A stretch of DNA of 63,494 nucleotides, filler included, from Octopus bimaculoides (taxonomy: Eukaryota), in assembly GCF_001194135.2 (NCBI RefSeq). It is 5 parts of 4 records of this genome, joined end to end, with 100 filler letters (N's around TTAATTAATTAA, not from the genome) between each part and the next. Parts side by side here need not be neighbours in the genome. Positions count along the whole stretch, not along the records: positions 40,660 to 52,188 come from NC_068989.1; positions 52,289 to 60,392 come from NC_068986.1; positions 60,493 to 63,494 come from NC_068997.1; 2 more parts are not named here. One strand, 5' to 3'. The first letter of the stretch is position 1. Every line of letters starts with the position of its first letter. Positions 50,206-62,788 of this stretch are shown here, one piece after another. The notes under the pieces are model-generated. The model saw nothing but the letters and a program-made list of their open reading frames with translations. It was not told the DNA's origin and did no database searches. A program made the position numbers and the translations under genes.

Positions 50206-51775
50206 NNNNNNNNNNNNNNNNNNNNNNNNNNNNNNNNNNNNNNNNNNNNNNNNNNNNNNNNNNNNNNNNNNNNNNNNNNNNNNNNNNNNNNNNNNNNNNN
50301 NNNNNNNNNNNNNNNNNNNNNNNNNNNNNNNNNNNNNNNNNNNNNNNNNNNNNNNNNNNNNNNNNNNNNNNNNNNNNNNNNNNNNNNNNNNNNNNNNNNN
50401 NNNNNNNNNNNNNNNNNNNNNNNNNNNNNNNNNNNNNNNNNNNNNNNNNNNNNNNNNNNNNNNNNNNNNNNNNNNNNNNNNNNNNNNNNNNNNNNNNNNN
50501 NNNNNNNNNNNNNNNNNNNNNNNNNNNNNNNNNNNNNNNNNNNNNNNNNNNNNNNNNNNNNNNNNNNNNNNNNNNNNNNNNNNNNNNNNNNNNNNNNNNN
50601 NNNNNNNNNNNNNNNNNNNNNNNNNNNNNNNNNNNNNNNNNNNNNNNNNNNNNNNNNNNNNNNNNNNNNNNNNNNNNNNNNNNNNNNNNNNNNNNNNNNN
50701 NNNNNNNNNNNNNNNNNNNNNNNNNNNNNNNNNNNNNNNNNNNNNNNNNNNNNNNNNNNNNNNNNNNNNNNNNNNNNNNNNNNNNNNNNNNNNNNNNNNN
50801 NNNNNNNNNNNNNNNNNNNNNNNNNNNNNNNNNNNNNNNNNNNNNNNNNNNNNNNNNNNNNNNNNNNNNNNNNNNNNNNNNNNNNNNNNNNNNNNNNNNN
50901 NNNNNNNNNNNNNNNNNNNNNNNNNNNNNNNNNNNNNNNNNNNNNNNNNNNNNNNNNNNNNNNNNNNNNNNNNNNNNNNNNNNNNNNNNNNNNNNNNNNN
51001 NNNNNNNNNNNNNNNNNNNNNNNNNNNNNNNNNNNNNNNNNNNNNNNNNNNNNNNNNNNNNNNNNNNNNNNNNNNNNNNNNNNNNNNNNNNNNNNNNNNN
51101 ATATATATATATATATATATATAAATAAAAGTGATGGTCACTCTCATTGATTTCAAAGTATGAATGTTTTAAGGAAAGTATTAAAAACAAAAAAAAAGGA
51201 TTTAAAAAAAAAAGCTGCATCTATTTGTGATGGACGTGTGAATGTAATTTGCATGCAGGTTTGGTTTTTACTTCAAAGTAACAGTGGGGACAACGAGGAT
51301 TTTGATTTTGCTTAGAATCGGACAAATACATCTGTTGATTGCAGGATATAAATTTTTTTATTAAGGTTAAAATATCTAAGACTATATGTTCATGGGATGA
51401 ACACCGTGTCAGTTTGAAAACTTAGATAAGGGGTATACAGATCTCGTATTTTGAGCACACTTTTGTATGGGGCAGAAGTATGGACTCCCTACTACATGTA
51501 TATAATCATTATCATTTACTGTATATATATTTATGTTAGTATGTATGTGTGTGTTTTAGAGAAATTTGACCAAATAAACATGAAACCTAAATATTTTTGT
51601 TTCTTTTCTTTCAGTGAAGTCTTTGATGTTTTTATTTTTTTTTTCTTAACATTCTAATGATTTGGAGATTTATATCAGTTCTCTGAGAAACAGCAAATAT
51701 TCTAAAAATTCACGTCTTCTGCATAGCATATAACATAGTTTAACACTTGTATGTTGTTGAACTATATATATATTT

Positions 51776-51831
51776 CACCATCATCATCATCATCATCATT
51801 TAACATCCGTTGTCCGTGCTGGCATGGGTTA
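51776..51831 (-). mobile_element. Family F 3' tail fragment
   Basis: (CAT)n-TTAACATCCGTTGTCCGTGCTGGCATGGGTT matches 40673-40717. Confidence 0.7.
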
Positions 51832-52125
51832 AGAACATTACTTTATGGAAACACCATACCGAGAACCTTCCCTATGTTAGTTCTGGAACTTTCATTGGAT
51901 CTTGAGCCTGCATGCCTGTATGCATATGTATATATCTACATTTATATGTATAAATATAGGTGTATGGATATGTCTGTATATGCACACGTATGTATGGATG
52001 TATTTGTATGTGATATGTACACATATATATCAAACTCGACCTCCTCTTGATGTCTTGAATGTTATAATACTTTGATTCAATTGAAACCTATAAATAATTA
52101 TATATATATATATATATTATATATA

Positions 52126-52168
<43 letters not shown>

Positions 52169-52188
52169 ATTATATATATATATATATA

Positions 52189-52288
52189 NNNNNNNNNNNN
52201 NNNNNNNNNNNNNNNNNNNNNNNNNNNNNNNNTTAATTAATTAANNNNNNNNNNNNNNNNNNNNNNNNNNNNNNNNNNNNNNNNNNNN
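52189..52288. other. Artificial assembly spacer (44N-TTAATTAATTAA-44N)
   Basis: Same geometry as 27562. Confidence 0.95.
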
Positions 52289-52898
52289 CTGGGGTCACTC
52301 ATTCAGAAACCTGGGGTCACTCATTCAGAAAACTGGGGACACTAATTCAGAAAAGTGGGGTCACTAATTCAGAGAATTGGGGCCACTAATTCACAAAACT
52401 GGGGTCACTAATTCAGAAAACTGGGGTCACTCATTCAGAAACCTGGGGTCACTAATTCAGAAAACTGGGTCCACTAACTCAGAGAACTGGTACCACTAAT
52501 TCAGAAAACTGGAGCTTCTATTTAAGAGAACTGGGGCCACTAATTCAGAAAACTGGGGTCACTAATTCAGAAATCTGGGGCCACTAATTCAGAAATCTGG
52601 GGTCACTAATTCAGAAACCTGAGGCTACTAATTCAGAAAACTGGAGCTTCTATTTTAGAGAACTGGGGCCACTAATTCAGAGAACTGGGGCCACTAATTC
52701 AGAAAAGTGGGGTCTCTAATTCCGAGAATTGGGGCCACTAATTCACAAAACTGGGGTCACTAATTCAGAAAACTGGGGTCACTCATTCAGAAACCTGGGG
52801 TCACTAATTCAGAAAACTGGGTCCACTAACTCAGAGAACTGGTACCACTAATTCAGAAAACTGGGGCCACTAATTCAGAAAACTGGGGCCACTAATTT
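52289..52898. repeat. 22-bp minisatellite, about 28 units, consensus CTGGGG(T/C)CACTAATTCAGAAAA
   Basis: Exact 22-bp phase kept throughout; left end truncated by the gap. Confidence 0.95.
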
Positions 52899-54282
52899 CT
52901 AAACGATGTTTTACACTTTCGCCAATATCAGAGGCAGTGGATCAAACAATGATGATAACTTTTAAAAATGCAATAAAATATTAGGCGTATGAAGGTAGCA
53001 TTATGATGTGTCTAACTTCACTAACGTCACACCATTGGTCGTGTAAAAGGTGGAAAATTACTCTGTGGCGCCATTTATATGGATACCTGAGTGGACATAT
53101 TTCTATAAGCATATGGTTGTTTGTATTCGTATTTGACTATGTGCAAGTGTTCGTAGTGAGTATGTATGCTATTAGGAACGGCATTAATGTCATAATGCTT
53201 CTTTTCCTCTCCCTATAAATCTCTGGTCGTGCATTTAGCAAAAATAAATCGATATTTCAATTTGTTGCAAGCTTAAAATTATTGCTGCTATTTCTTTTTT
53301 TTTTTTTCTTTTTTTGCGGTTTGTTTTCATTGCTTTTTTTTTTCTGCCATCAAATTTTAAGAAAGCAAAAAATGTCAATACAATAAAACAAAGCTGTCAA
53401 GTTTTAACTAGATGTGGCATTTAACACATCTGACACAGATAAAGAGCAGCTGTGACTGGGAGGCGGGTGGTTGGAAAAGATTGAGAGGTGAAGGGAAACA
53501 AGCGTGAAAGACTGAGTTAGTAAAGTAGTGACTAGCGATTGAAAGAGTATATAACACGAGAGAGAATGAACGAAGGGGGGGGAAATAGACTCGAGAGAGA
53601 CAAGAGAGCGTGAACGAGTAAAGAGAAAAAGTCTCGTAATAAAACAAAAATGAAAATAAACATTATGGGGGATTTAATACAATGATGTTAAAGAGAATAT
53701 AACGTCATAATTGATTCTGCGTCTGACGAAATGAAAATCTCTAAAAGTCACTTGTGTTGAAGCAAAACTGAGTTACAGCTGAAGATTTCTGTAAAAGTTC
53801 ACGATAACTTGATCGTTAGACGGAGAATAAAGACGAAATATAAGCAGGTTATGTATTAGGTTAACCAGAAAATATACGATGCAATAAAACAAATGGTGTT
53901 TATAGCCGAGAAAATACAACAGAAAAATGATCGGTTGAAGACATCTTTTAAAATATTATCGACGTCGGGCTTATCTCAACCTCCATAAATGGTTATCTTT
54001 CTTTACTTTGAAGATTGTTTTTCGTTTGATGTTATAGTAATGTATATATATGCGTGTATATTTTTTAATAATACAAATACACGCTCACACATAAATATGT
54101 AGATATATACATATACAAGCATGTATGCATATATGTATCTGTGTGTGTGTGTGTACCTGTGCTCGTGTGTGCATGGCATTCATTTACTTCAATAATTGCA
54201 TACACGTTCATGCATATATACACACACAATGCATGCGCACACGTAGACACATTCAGTATATGTATATGTGTACACGCACACG

Positions 54283-54313
<31 letters not shown>

Positions 54314-54322
54314 TTATTTATT

Positions 54323-54353
<31 letters not shown>

Positions 54354-54441
54354 TGAGAGAGAGAGAGTGAGAGAGAGAGAGATACAGACAGACAGAGAAA
54401 GGGATAGATAGATAGATAGNNNNNNNNNNAGACAGACAGAC

Positions 54442-54506
<65 letters not shown>

Positions 54507-54542
54507 TGCTCTCTCTCTATATATGTATGTATGTATGTATGT

Positions 54543-54582
<40 letters not shown>

Positions 54583-55659
54583 ATGTATGTAACCTTACTA
54601 TTCGTTTTCGATACATCATTAAGTCACGTCATATATTAGGGTTGACATAAATTTCTGTAGTGTTGCTTTGTGGTCTCAAATATCTCATGGTAGAATGTGT
54701 AGTTAATTCTCCATGAGAAAATTATAACTAAGGCTTTTTTGATTATTTTGTCAAAATGTTAACGTTCATAAAATCTTTCGTTTCAAGGTTAAAACCAAAG
54801 ATAAACAAACTTTTTTTGCGATTAATCATTGTAATTGATCACTTTTTAGAGTTAATAAAGTTAAAATCATACAATAAAATTAAAATAACTTTTATAAAAT
54901 GAAATTTCAATAAAATGAAAATTTGGGGGATTAGATACTGAAAAGAATAAATTCATTGATGTATATTTTTATGTATAAAACCTAAATTTCATATATCTTT
55001 CTACTAGTTTTCAGATGAGCTTTTGTATTGGTCTATCACTTCGGTGCTATTTTGAGCTCTCCTTATGGCTTGTCTTGCCCTTCAATGTTGAAAATTATAT
55101 GACACCATGTGTGTCCAGTCATTTGGACGCAAACAAAAACCTAGCAAGTCTTTCTAGTTTCCCGACTTCAGGGTACTTCTACCAATTCTAGTTATTTGGT
55201 GATTATACCAACTTCTGATATTGGTTATTTGCATCTTTTTCCCCAATTAATAAAACAGGCCACTTTAAGAATAAAATTATTTATTACCATCCATTTGTAA
55301 GTGTATTTACTTACTGTTTTAATTTTTTTTTTATTCTGTTATTTAGGAATTTTAAATTTACCATCGAATGTACATACTTTTCTTTGCTATTTTTTCACTA
55401 TAAATGTAGTTTACCAGCTGTTTCTCAATAATATTTCTGTATACATTTTTCTGCATTGCTTAAATTTGTTGTTAAATATTATGTAAACTTTTATCTGAGC
55501 TTAATTGAATCGAATCATTTTCTTTCGCTGTTGCGTTGCTGCATCTTCTTGAAGTTGATTGTGAAGTTCTTCTGTCATAACCTAATTGAGCTGCTTTTTT
55601 TTTTTTTTTTTTTTCATGTTTCATGCAATTTCGGTTTTGATTATTATGATTTTCATATT

Positions 55660-56935
55660 CTTAACTCAGATAACAAAGTCAGAAACAAGTCAGAAGGCAA
55701 AAGCTCTTGAATTTACTGAAAAATTCTCAAAAGGATTTGCATTGACTCACAGTAACCAGTTATTTTGTAGATCGTGCTTCGTTGATGTCAAATTTAATAA
55801 AAGGTCTTTTGTTGAGTCGCATAGAATGAGCAAAAAACATCAAAAGTATCTTTAAAAGACTATTAAAATTGAACAGTCACCTATCAAATCGTTTGAATTT
55901 ACCGAAAACGATAAATCTTGGGGTGCGCAAGCTCATTAATCCAAGCTTGAGAAGTCTCTTTGATTCTATCAATAAGCTAATGTTTCAATCTACGCGTCGA
56001 AAATATGTTGATACGCTTAAGTGAAAATTGCAAGAGCTGCCTGACTGATCAAAATGTATTTTTAATTGCTGATGAAAGTGAGATTGATAGCATGAAATTG
56101 TTAATGTATTTATTGGTTCAGTTTAAAAATCCTCGAAAAAACGCTCTTAATAAAACGTTTGCCCCTCGAATCAGCTCTAACTGCTGCAATCACCGCTCAG
56201 ATCACCGATGATCTGCTTAGAAGTATAGCAGTTCAAAGAGAAAATTTTCTTCTACTATTGTCTGACGCTGCTTCGTATATGGTAGCTGCTGGAGAAACGC
56301 TGCAAATTATGCTCTCTAAGCTCTTCCATGTAACCTGCTTCTCCCACCTACTGCGTAATTATGCTTTAAAAATAAACAATTTCTTCCTACAATCGACTGT
56401 CTGACAGCCACCATCAAGGTTGTTACTGTAAAAATCACAGTCGAGCGCAATTCAAAACAATTGGATACCTCCACTCAGCCAATTATGACCAGGTGGGGTA
56501 GTTGGTTGGATGCCTGCAATTACTAAGTTGTAGGAGTTTTGAGGATGAATACATTTTGGAGCAGAGAGCGAAGAAGTGCGAAATCCTGAGATCAGGGCTA
56601 ACCTCACCCAAATCTGCTCAAACTATCTGCCGTTAAAAGAGTTGAGTTTGAAAGCTGAATCAACAGCCTTCTCCATCTACGATGCTTACAAAAGCCACAG
56701 AGAATTGAAATTATATGTTGCATCGTGAATTACATTGATTTTAGATTCAATAAAAACGAAATCAAATCAATAATTCAATAATGGACCCCAAAGTTTCACT
56801 CATAGAATATGTAGATCTGAGACCATGCCAAGCGACATCAACTGCTCTAGAATGCAGTTTTGGGATGCTGAAAAAAATCCTTGCAAAACAGGAATTTTTT
56901 GCCTGCAAATATAAAGCATTATAACATATCGATAA
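55660..56935 (+). pseudogene. hAT-superfamily (CGGBP1-like) transposase remnant
   Basis: BED-like finger LFCRSC...SHRMSKKH; VFLIADESE; LLLSDAASYMVAAG..FHVTCFSHLL; PIMTRWGSWLDA; C-terminal ATSTALECSFGMLKKIL (hATC-like); many frameshifts; TIRs not identified. Confidence 0.8.
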
Positions 56936-57359
56936 TCATTAAGCCTGAGCGATTGCCGGACTCTGCAAGGTACTATTTTCAAAATCGCCCGATTGCAGCA
57001 TTGTCCGAGCATGAAACTTGAAGTAGCTCACGTATAACTTCTGTATACATTAAATAGTTATCTCTTGTTTGATTGAGTACTTTTTAACTGACCTTATCAG
57101 CAAGCGGTCAGTACACTACGTATGTATGTATGTATGTATGTATGTATGTATGTATGTATGTATGTATGTATGTATGTATAGGTGTGTGTGCGTATGTGCG
57201 TGTGTTTGTATACGTATATGTATGTATACATGTGTGCGTATGTATGTATATATGTGTATGCATATGTATGTATATATGTACGCATGTACGTATATATATA
57301 GATACATAGACAAACAGACAGACAGACAGACAGGCAGACAGGTAGACAGAGACAGATAG

Positions 57360-57439
<80 letters not shown>

Positions 57440-57524
57440 CAGACATGCATACATTTATTTATATGTATATACATGCATACATGTATGCAGCCAGCCATCC
57501 GCCCATACATACATACATACATAC

Positions 57525-58000
57525 TGATGGAATGTCCCAGTGAAAACCTCAATAAGATGTAAGCTCAACAGACCTGATATAATGATTTGGGATAGAGAAG
57601 AGAAACTGTGCACAGTTGTGGAAATTAGCTGTCCAGAGGATGTTAAGATAAAGTTGAGGATTAGTGATAAAGAGAACACCTACGCTGAACTATTGAGAAA
57701 TCTGCAGTTACTCTATCCAGATTACAAGTTCAGGTTTATAGCTGTAATTATTAGGGCCCTAGGATATGTAACACACTGCATAAATACCAATCTTGAGAAA
57801 TTAAGCTTCTCAAAACTAGAAACGAGAAAGCTATTACGAAGACTACAGATCCAATCCATCACTGGAACTGTAAAAATCTGTAAAACTTTCCAGAAGTTTA
57901 TCATTTAAATATATATGAGCATGTCTACATATGCGTCTATATGCATGAGAATACATGCATAAAACATACAAATCTGCACATACATACATACATACATACA

Positions 58001-58032
<32 letters not shown>

Positions 58033-58143
58033 AACAAACAAAAATACCTTGTTGTTGATGTTGAAATTCCAATGAAGGAACCTTGGATCTAGTTTAGAAA
58101 CCGGTTCTTTCTCTATTGGTCAGAAATCTTGAAATAAACGGAA
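57525..58143 (+). mobile_element. 5'-truncated R4/Dong-like non-LTR retrotransposon: restriction-like endonuclease domain plus 3' UTR
   Basis: WNVPVKTSIRCKLNRPDIMIWDREEKLCTVVEISCP...KENTYAEL...VIIRALG (RPD..E..K RLE pattern); two more copies in the window; (CATA)n on both sides. Confidence 0.85.
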
Positions 58144-58571
58144 TACCATACATACATACATACATACATACATACATACATACATACATACATACATACA
58201 TGCATGCATACATGCATACATACACACCTTCACGCAAATTCCTTTTTAATGTTTTAAAATATATCATATATCAAATCAATGTCGAACGAATATATATGAG
58301 TTAATATTGATATGTACTTCATGATAACATGCTATTATAAAACTACATTAATACTTCGATAATTTGACTGAGTTCTGATTTCTGTCTTGGTTAGAGAACG
58401 ACAGCGTTTAACTATTTTTATAGATTATCTCTATTCACTTACCGATGTTCGGGTGTGAAAGATGAATCCTTCTGTTTTCGTTTTTGTTTTCTTGTTTTTT
58501 TTCTAGTGGTAAGGAGGTCTATGGTAATACAAAAGTTTTTGTGAATGTACATATGGATATGTATACAGGTG

Positions 58572-58654
<83 letters not shown>

Positions 58655-58743
58655 GCGCACACATGTCTAAGATTATCGATATATTATAAATTTAGGCTTA
58701 CTTGTAAATATTCTTAGCATAAACGCTTATGTATGGATGGATG

Positions 58744-58793
<50 letters not shown>

Positions 58794-58861
58794 TAGACAG
58801 ATATATAGGTAGGTAGGTAGGTAGGTAGGTAGGTAGATAGATAGATACATACATACATACA

Positions 58862-58892
<31 letters not shown>

Positions 58893-59269
58893 GAGCATAT
58901 GTTTATGTAACTTTTATATATTTCTACGATAAATCTTTTTTCCGTATCTGTTAAAAGTACGTTCTCTTGCAAAAGTGAACGACTGAATGAAACTTATTTT
59001 TTAAGGAACTGGATAACATAAGAACCGCCCGTTAAGCCTTCAGTAACACAGTTACACATGATAAGGCAACATTTTAATGTCTTTAGTAGATACTTAAATA
59101 TTTTCAAGGTTTTTCTTTCTGTTACATACAATCTCTCCTAATGCGCTTCCATCTCCAAAATGGTTTTCACCGTTAGATCTTAAATAAACCAGTCAGGGCC
59201 TCGCATTGCGGTTACGTGTGAATATCGTCTTGTTGTTGTTTTTGTTGTTGTTGTTGTTGTTGTTTTAAT

Positions 59270-59702
59270 ATTTTGTTGGTTTCAATCGTGTTTGTTTGTT
59301 TGTTTGTTTGTTTGTTTGACCGTGGACAAGATATCTCAAGAACCGCTGGATGGATTCGGATGAAACTTTCAGGGATGTTTGGCCTCGTGACTGGCACGAA
59401 CTGATTAGATTTTGGAATCGATCAAGCACCGAACAAGGACTCAGGATTTTTGTTCCTGTTTTTTTTTGGGGGGGGGGGGNNNNNNNNNNNNNNNNNNNNN
59501 NNNNTTTTTTTTTTTTTGTTTTTTGTTTTTTTGTTATTACTTAATTTTCGAGAGCGGTCGGGATTATTTTTAGCATTCTCATATGTGAGAGCAGTCCAGC
59601 ATATTTCAGATATTCTCATTTTAAAAAATCATCTCTGGCTAATCATTGAGACCACATTGGTGTTACCGTGGCGGAGGTTTCCGCTCTTTGAGTACCCTTG
59701 TC
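59270..59702 (+). mobile_element. Helentron/HINE (DINE-1-like) non-autonomous element
   Basis: (GTTT)n near the 5' end, GGATTCGGATGAAACTTTCAGGGATG, 3' hairpin GCGGA-GGTT-TCCGC (59671-59684) shortly before the end; 3' end shared with 15255-15305. Confidence 0.6.
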
Positions 59703-59998
59703 TTCTGTGAAAAAAGTTGTTACTTTTCTTCCATGTTTCTAAACGAGCATATATACTGTTGAACTTACATTCATTCTTGGATTTAATCATATATTTATGT
59801 ACTGAAAATCGCTGTATCTAGCCTGTACTTTTTCCTGTCTCACCTTTGTTGCTGTTATTGTCGTAGGTGTAGATTTTACTGAATCCACCAACACTGCCCG
59901 GTTTAATATGCAATCATGCATACATGTTAGCAAGTATTTTTGGCTTCTGCTTCATGGTTTAAAATATCAACCATCATCGTAAAACTGGAAGTCCATAT

Positions 59999-60383
59999 GT
60001 TGTTGGCACTCCGTCGCTTACGACGTCGAGGGTTCCAGTTGGTCCGATCAACGGAACAGCCTGCTCGTGAAATTAACGTGCAAGTGGCTGAGCACTCCAC
60101 AACAGACACGTGTACTCTTAACGTAGTTCTCGGGGGATATTCAGCGTGACACAATGTGACAAGACTGACCCTTTGCATTACAGGTACAACAGAAACAGGA
60201 AGTAAGAGTGAGAGAAGGTTGTGGTGAAAGAGTACGGCAGGGTTCGCCACCATCCCCTGCCGAAGCCTCGTGGAGCTTTATGTGTTTTCGCTCAATAAAC
60301 ACTCACAACGCCCGGTCTGGGAATCGAAACCGCGATCCTATGACCGCGAGCCCGCTGCCTTAACCACTGGGCCATTGTGCCTC
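59999..60383 (-). mobile_element. SINE family C, full-length with (CAA) tail
   Basis: Near-identical reverse complement of 24694-25070. Confidence 0.9.
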
Positions 60384-60392
60384 CACTGGAAG

Positions 60393-60492
60393 NNNNNNNN
60401 NNNNNNNNNNNNNNNNNNNNNNNNNNNNNNNNNNNNTTAATTAATTAANNNNNNNNNNNNNNNNNNNNNNNNNNNNNNNNNNNNNNNNNNNN
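60393..60492. other. Artificial assembly spacer (44N-TTAATTAATTAA-44N)
   Basis: Same geometry as 27562. Confidence 0.95.
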
Positions 60493-60587
60493 GTAAAAGA
60501 TGTTTTATATGACACATTCTACCAGTGTCCCAAGTTTCAAAGTGTTTCGTTAAGAAAATACTGGCGCCCCCGTTTTAAAATAGATCC
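60493..60587. mobile_element. Terminus of unclassified TIR element
   Basis: Ends in CTGGCGCCCCCGTTTTAAAATAGATCC (60561-60587), exact reverse complement of 61520-61546. Confidence 0.55.
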
Positions 60588-61450
60588 ACATCATCATCAT
60601 CATCATCATTATTATTATCATCATCATCATTATCATCATCATCACCGTCGTTGTCTTCGTCGTCGTCGTCAACATCCTCCTCCTCATCATCATCATCATC
60701 ATCATCACGTCGTTATCACACACAAACGCATACACGCCCGCGTTTACACATACACCTACACCTGCACATANNNNNNNNNNATATATATCATCTCTGTCTC
60801 TGTCTCTCTCCCTTGCTCTCTCCTTGGTTTCCTATGTCTATCATTTTTTCTCTCCCTCTCTAGTCTGTTTACTCTCTTTGTCTCCTCTTCCCTTATCTTC
60901 GTTTCTCTTTAATTTCTCTTAACTGATGAGAAAATAATAAAAACATGGATGCTTTTGGAAAAGACGTTAAAATCAAAGGAAGCTTGAGACAGTCGTTGTC
61001 GGCGGCGTCGTCATCATCCCCATCGTCACCAATATCACCGTCAGCACCACAACCATCGCCATCACCATCACTATTATCAACATCATATATCATCATGATC
61101 ATCATCAACTCCATCGCTATTATCAGCATTAACAAAACACCATCATCGTCATTATCGCAATCAACAACATTCTCTTCCCTTAGCATCATCATCATTAACA
61201 CCGCGACATCCACCACCACCACCACCACCATCACCACCACCCTCAGAGTAACCGCCAGCATCTTTGCCACATGCTTCACGATCCCTACCATCGTCATCAC
61301 CACCAGCAGCAGCAGTATCAGCCCCACCACAACAATCGTCACCACAATCAACATCATCATCATCATCATCATCATCATAATCACATCGTTATCACACACA
61401 AATGCATAAACGCCCGCATTTACACATATACTTACACCTGCACATACACA
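60588..61450. repeat. (CAT/CAC/CGT) low-complexity tract with a 67-bp direct duplication
   Basis: 60704-60770 vs 61380-61446, 6 mismatches. Confidence 0.8.
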
Positions 61451-61519
61451 TATGCATAAACACACCCACAATACACACTTACATATCTATACACGTACAC
61501 GCTCACAGACACAATTGAA

Positions 61520-61880
61520 GGATCTATTTTAAAACGGGGGCGCCAGTTTTCATTTATGTTTTATGTAGTGTTTTTGGTACGGAAAGACTTTCAAACTTCG
61601 TGTACTTATCTATTTTGTGTTATAGAACAGAAAAATATTTTTGTATTCGAATTTATTTCATGTAAAAAATTGTCTTATTTCGATAATTTCTACTAATCAC
61701 TGACGTCTATTCAGTTGAAAACAGTTAGCGCTGTAACGGTGTATATCGTATTAATCCCCTAACCTTAACCTAACCCTAACTAGACTGTTAACCGTAACCG
61801 TAACCCTAACCCTAAAACTAACCCTAACTCTAGAATCCTAACTCTAAAATTGTTACACACATAGATACGCACAGCGTAAT
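61520..61880. mobile_element. Terminus and body of unclassified TIR element with degenerate (TAACCC)n
   Basis: Begins GGATCTATTTTAAAACGGGGGCGCCAG; TAACCC-like repeats at 61756-61845; runs into an N gap. Confidence 0.55.
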
Positions 61881-62511
61881 NNNNNNNNNNNNNNNNNNNN
61901 NNNNNNNNNNNNNNNNNNNNNNNNNNNNNNNNNNNNNNNNNNNNNNNNNNNNNNNNNNNNNNNNNNNNNNNNNNNNNNNNNNNNNNNNNNNNNNNNNNNN
62001 NNNNNNNNNNNNNNNNNNNNNNNNNNNNNNNNNNNNNNNNNNNNNNNNNNNNNNNNNNNNNNNNNNNNNNNNNNNNNNNNNNNNNNNNNNNNNNNNNNNN
62101 NNNNNNNNNNNNNNNNNNNNNNNNNNNNNNNNNNNNNNNNNNNNNNNNNNNNNNNNNNNNNNNNNNNNNNNNNNNNNNNNNNNNNNNNNNNNNNNNNNNN
62201 NNNNNNNNNNNNNNNNNNNNNNNNNNNNNNNNNNNNNNNNNNNNNNNNNNNNNNNNNNNNNNNNNNNNNNNNNNNNNNNNNNNNNNNNNNNNNNNNNNNN
62301 NNNNNNNNNNNNNNNNNNNNNNNNNNNNNNNNNNNNNNNNNNNNNNNNNNNNNNNNNNNNNNNNNNNNNNNNNNNNNNNNNNNNNNNNNNNNNNNNNNNN
62401 NNNNNNNNNNNNNNNNNNNNNNNNNNNNNNNNNNNNNNNNNNNNNNNNNNNNNNNNNNNNNNNNNNNNNNNNNNNNNNNNNNNNNNNNNNNNNNNNNNNN
62501 NNNNNNNNNNN

Positions 62512-62553
<42 letters not shown>

Positions 62554-62603
62554 TTGTATGTATGTATGTATGTATGTATGTATATTTGTGTGTACCTATA
62601 TAT

Positions 62604-62788
62604 CTGTCCCCACCATTGCTTGACAACCTATCTTGGTGTGTTTACGTCCCCGTAACTTAGCAGTTCGACAAAAGAGACCGATAGAATGAGTACTTGACTT
62701 ACAAAGAATACGTTCTTGGGTCGGTTTGTTCGACTAAAGGTGGTGCTCCAGCATGGCTGCAGTCAAGACTGAAACAAATAAGAGAATA
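62604..62788 (+). mobile_element. SINE family A 3' half
   Basis: CTTGACAACC...CCCCGTAACTTAGC...GGTGCTCCAGCATGGC...GACTGAAACAA. Confidence 0.85.

Noticed and set aside
52289-52898. CRISPR-like array
   Set aside because: Contiguous 22-bp units with no unique spacers, no cas genes, eukaryotic context
60893-61471. Met/Val/Asp- and Ser/Thr/Ile-rich ORFs
   Set aside because: Translations of the (CAT/CAC) mosaic on both strands
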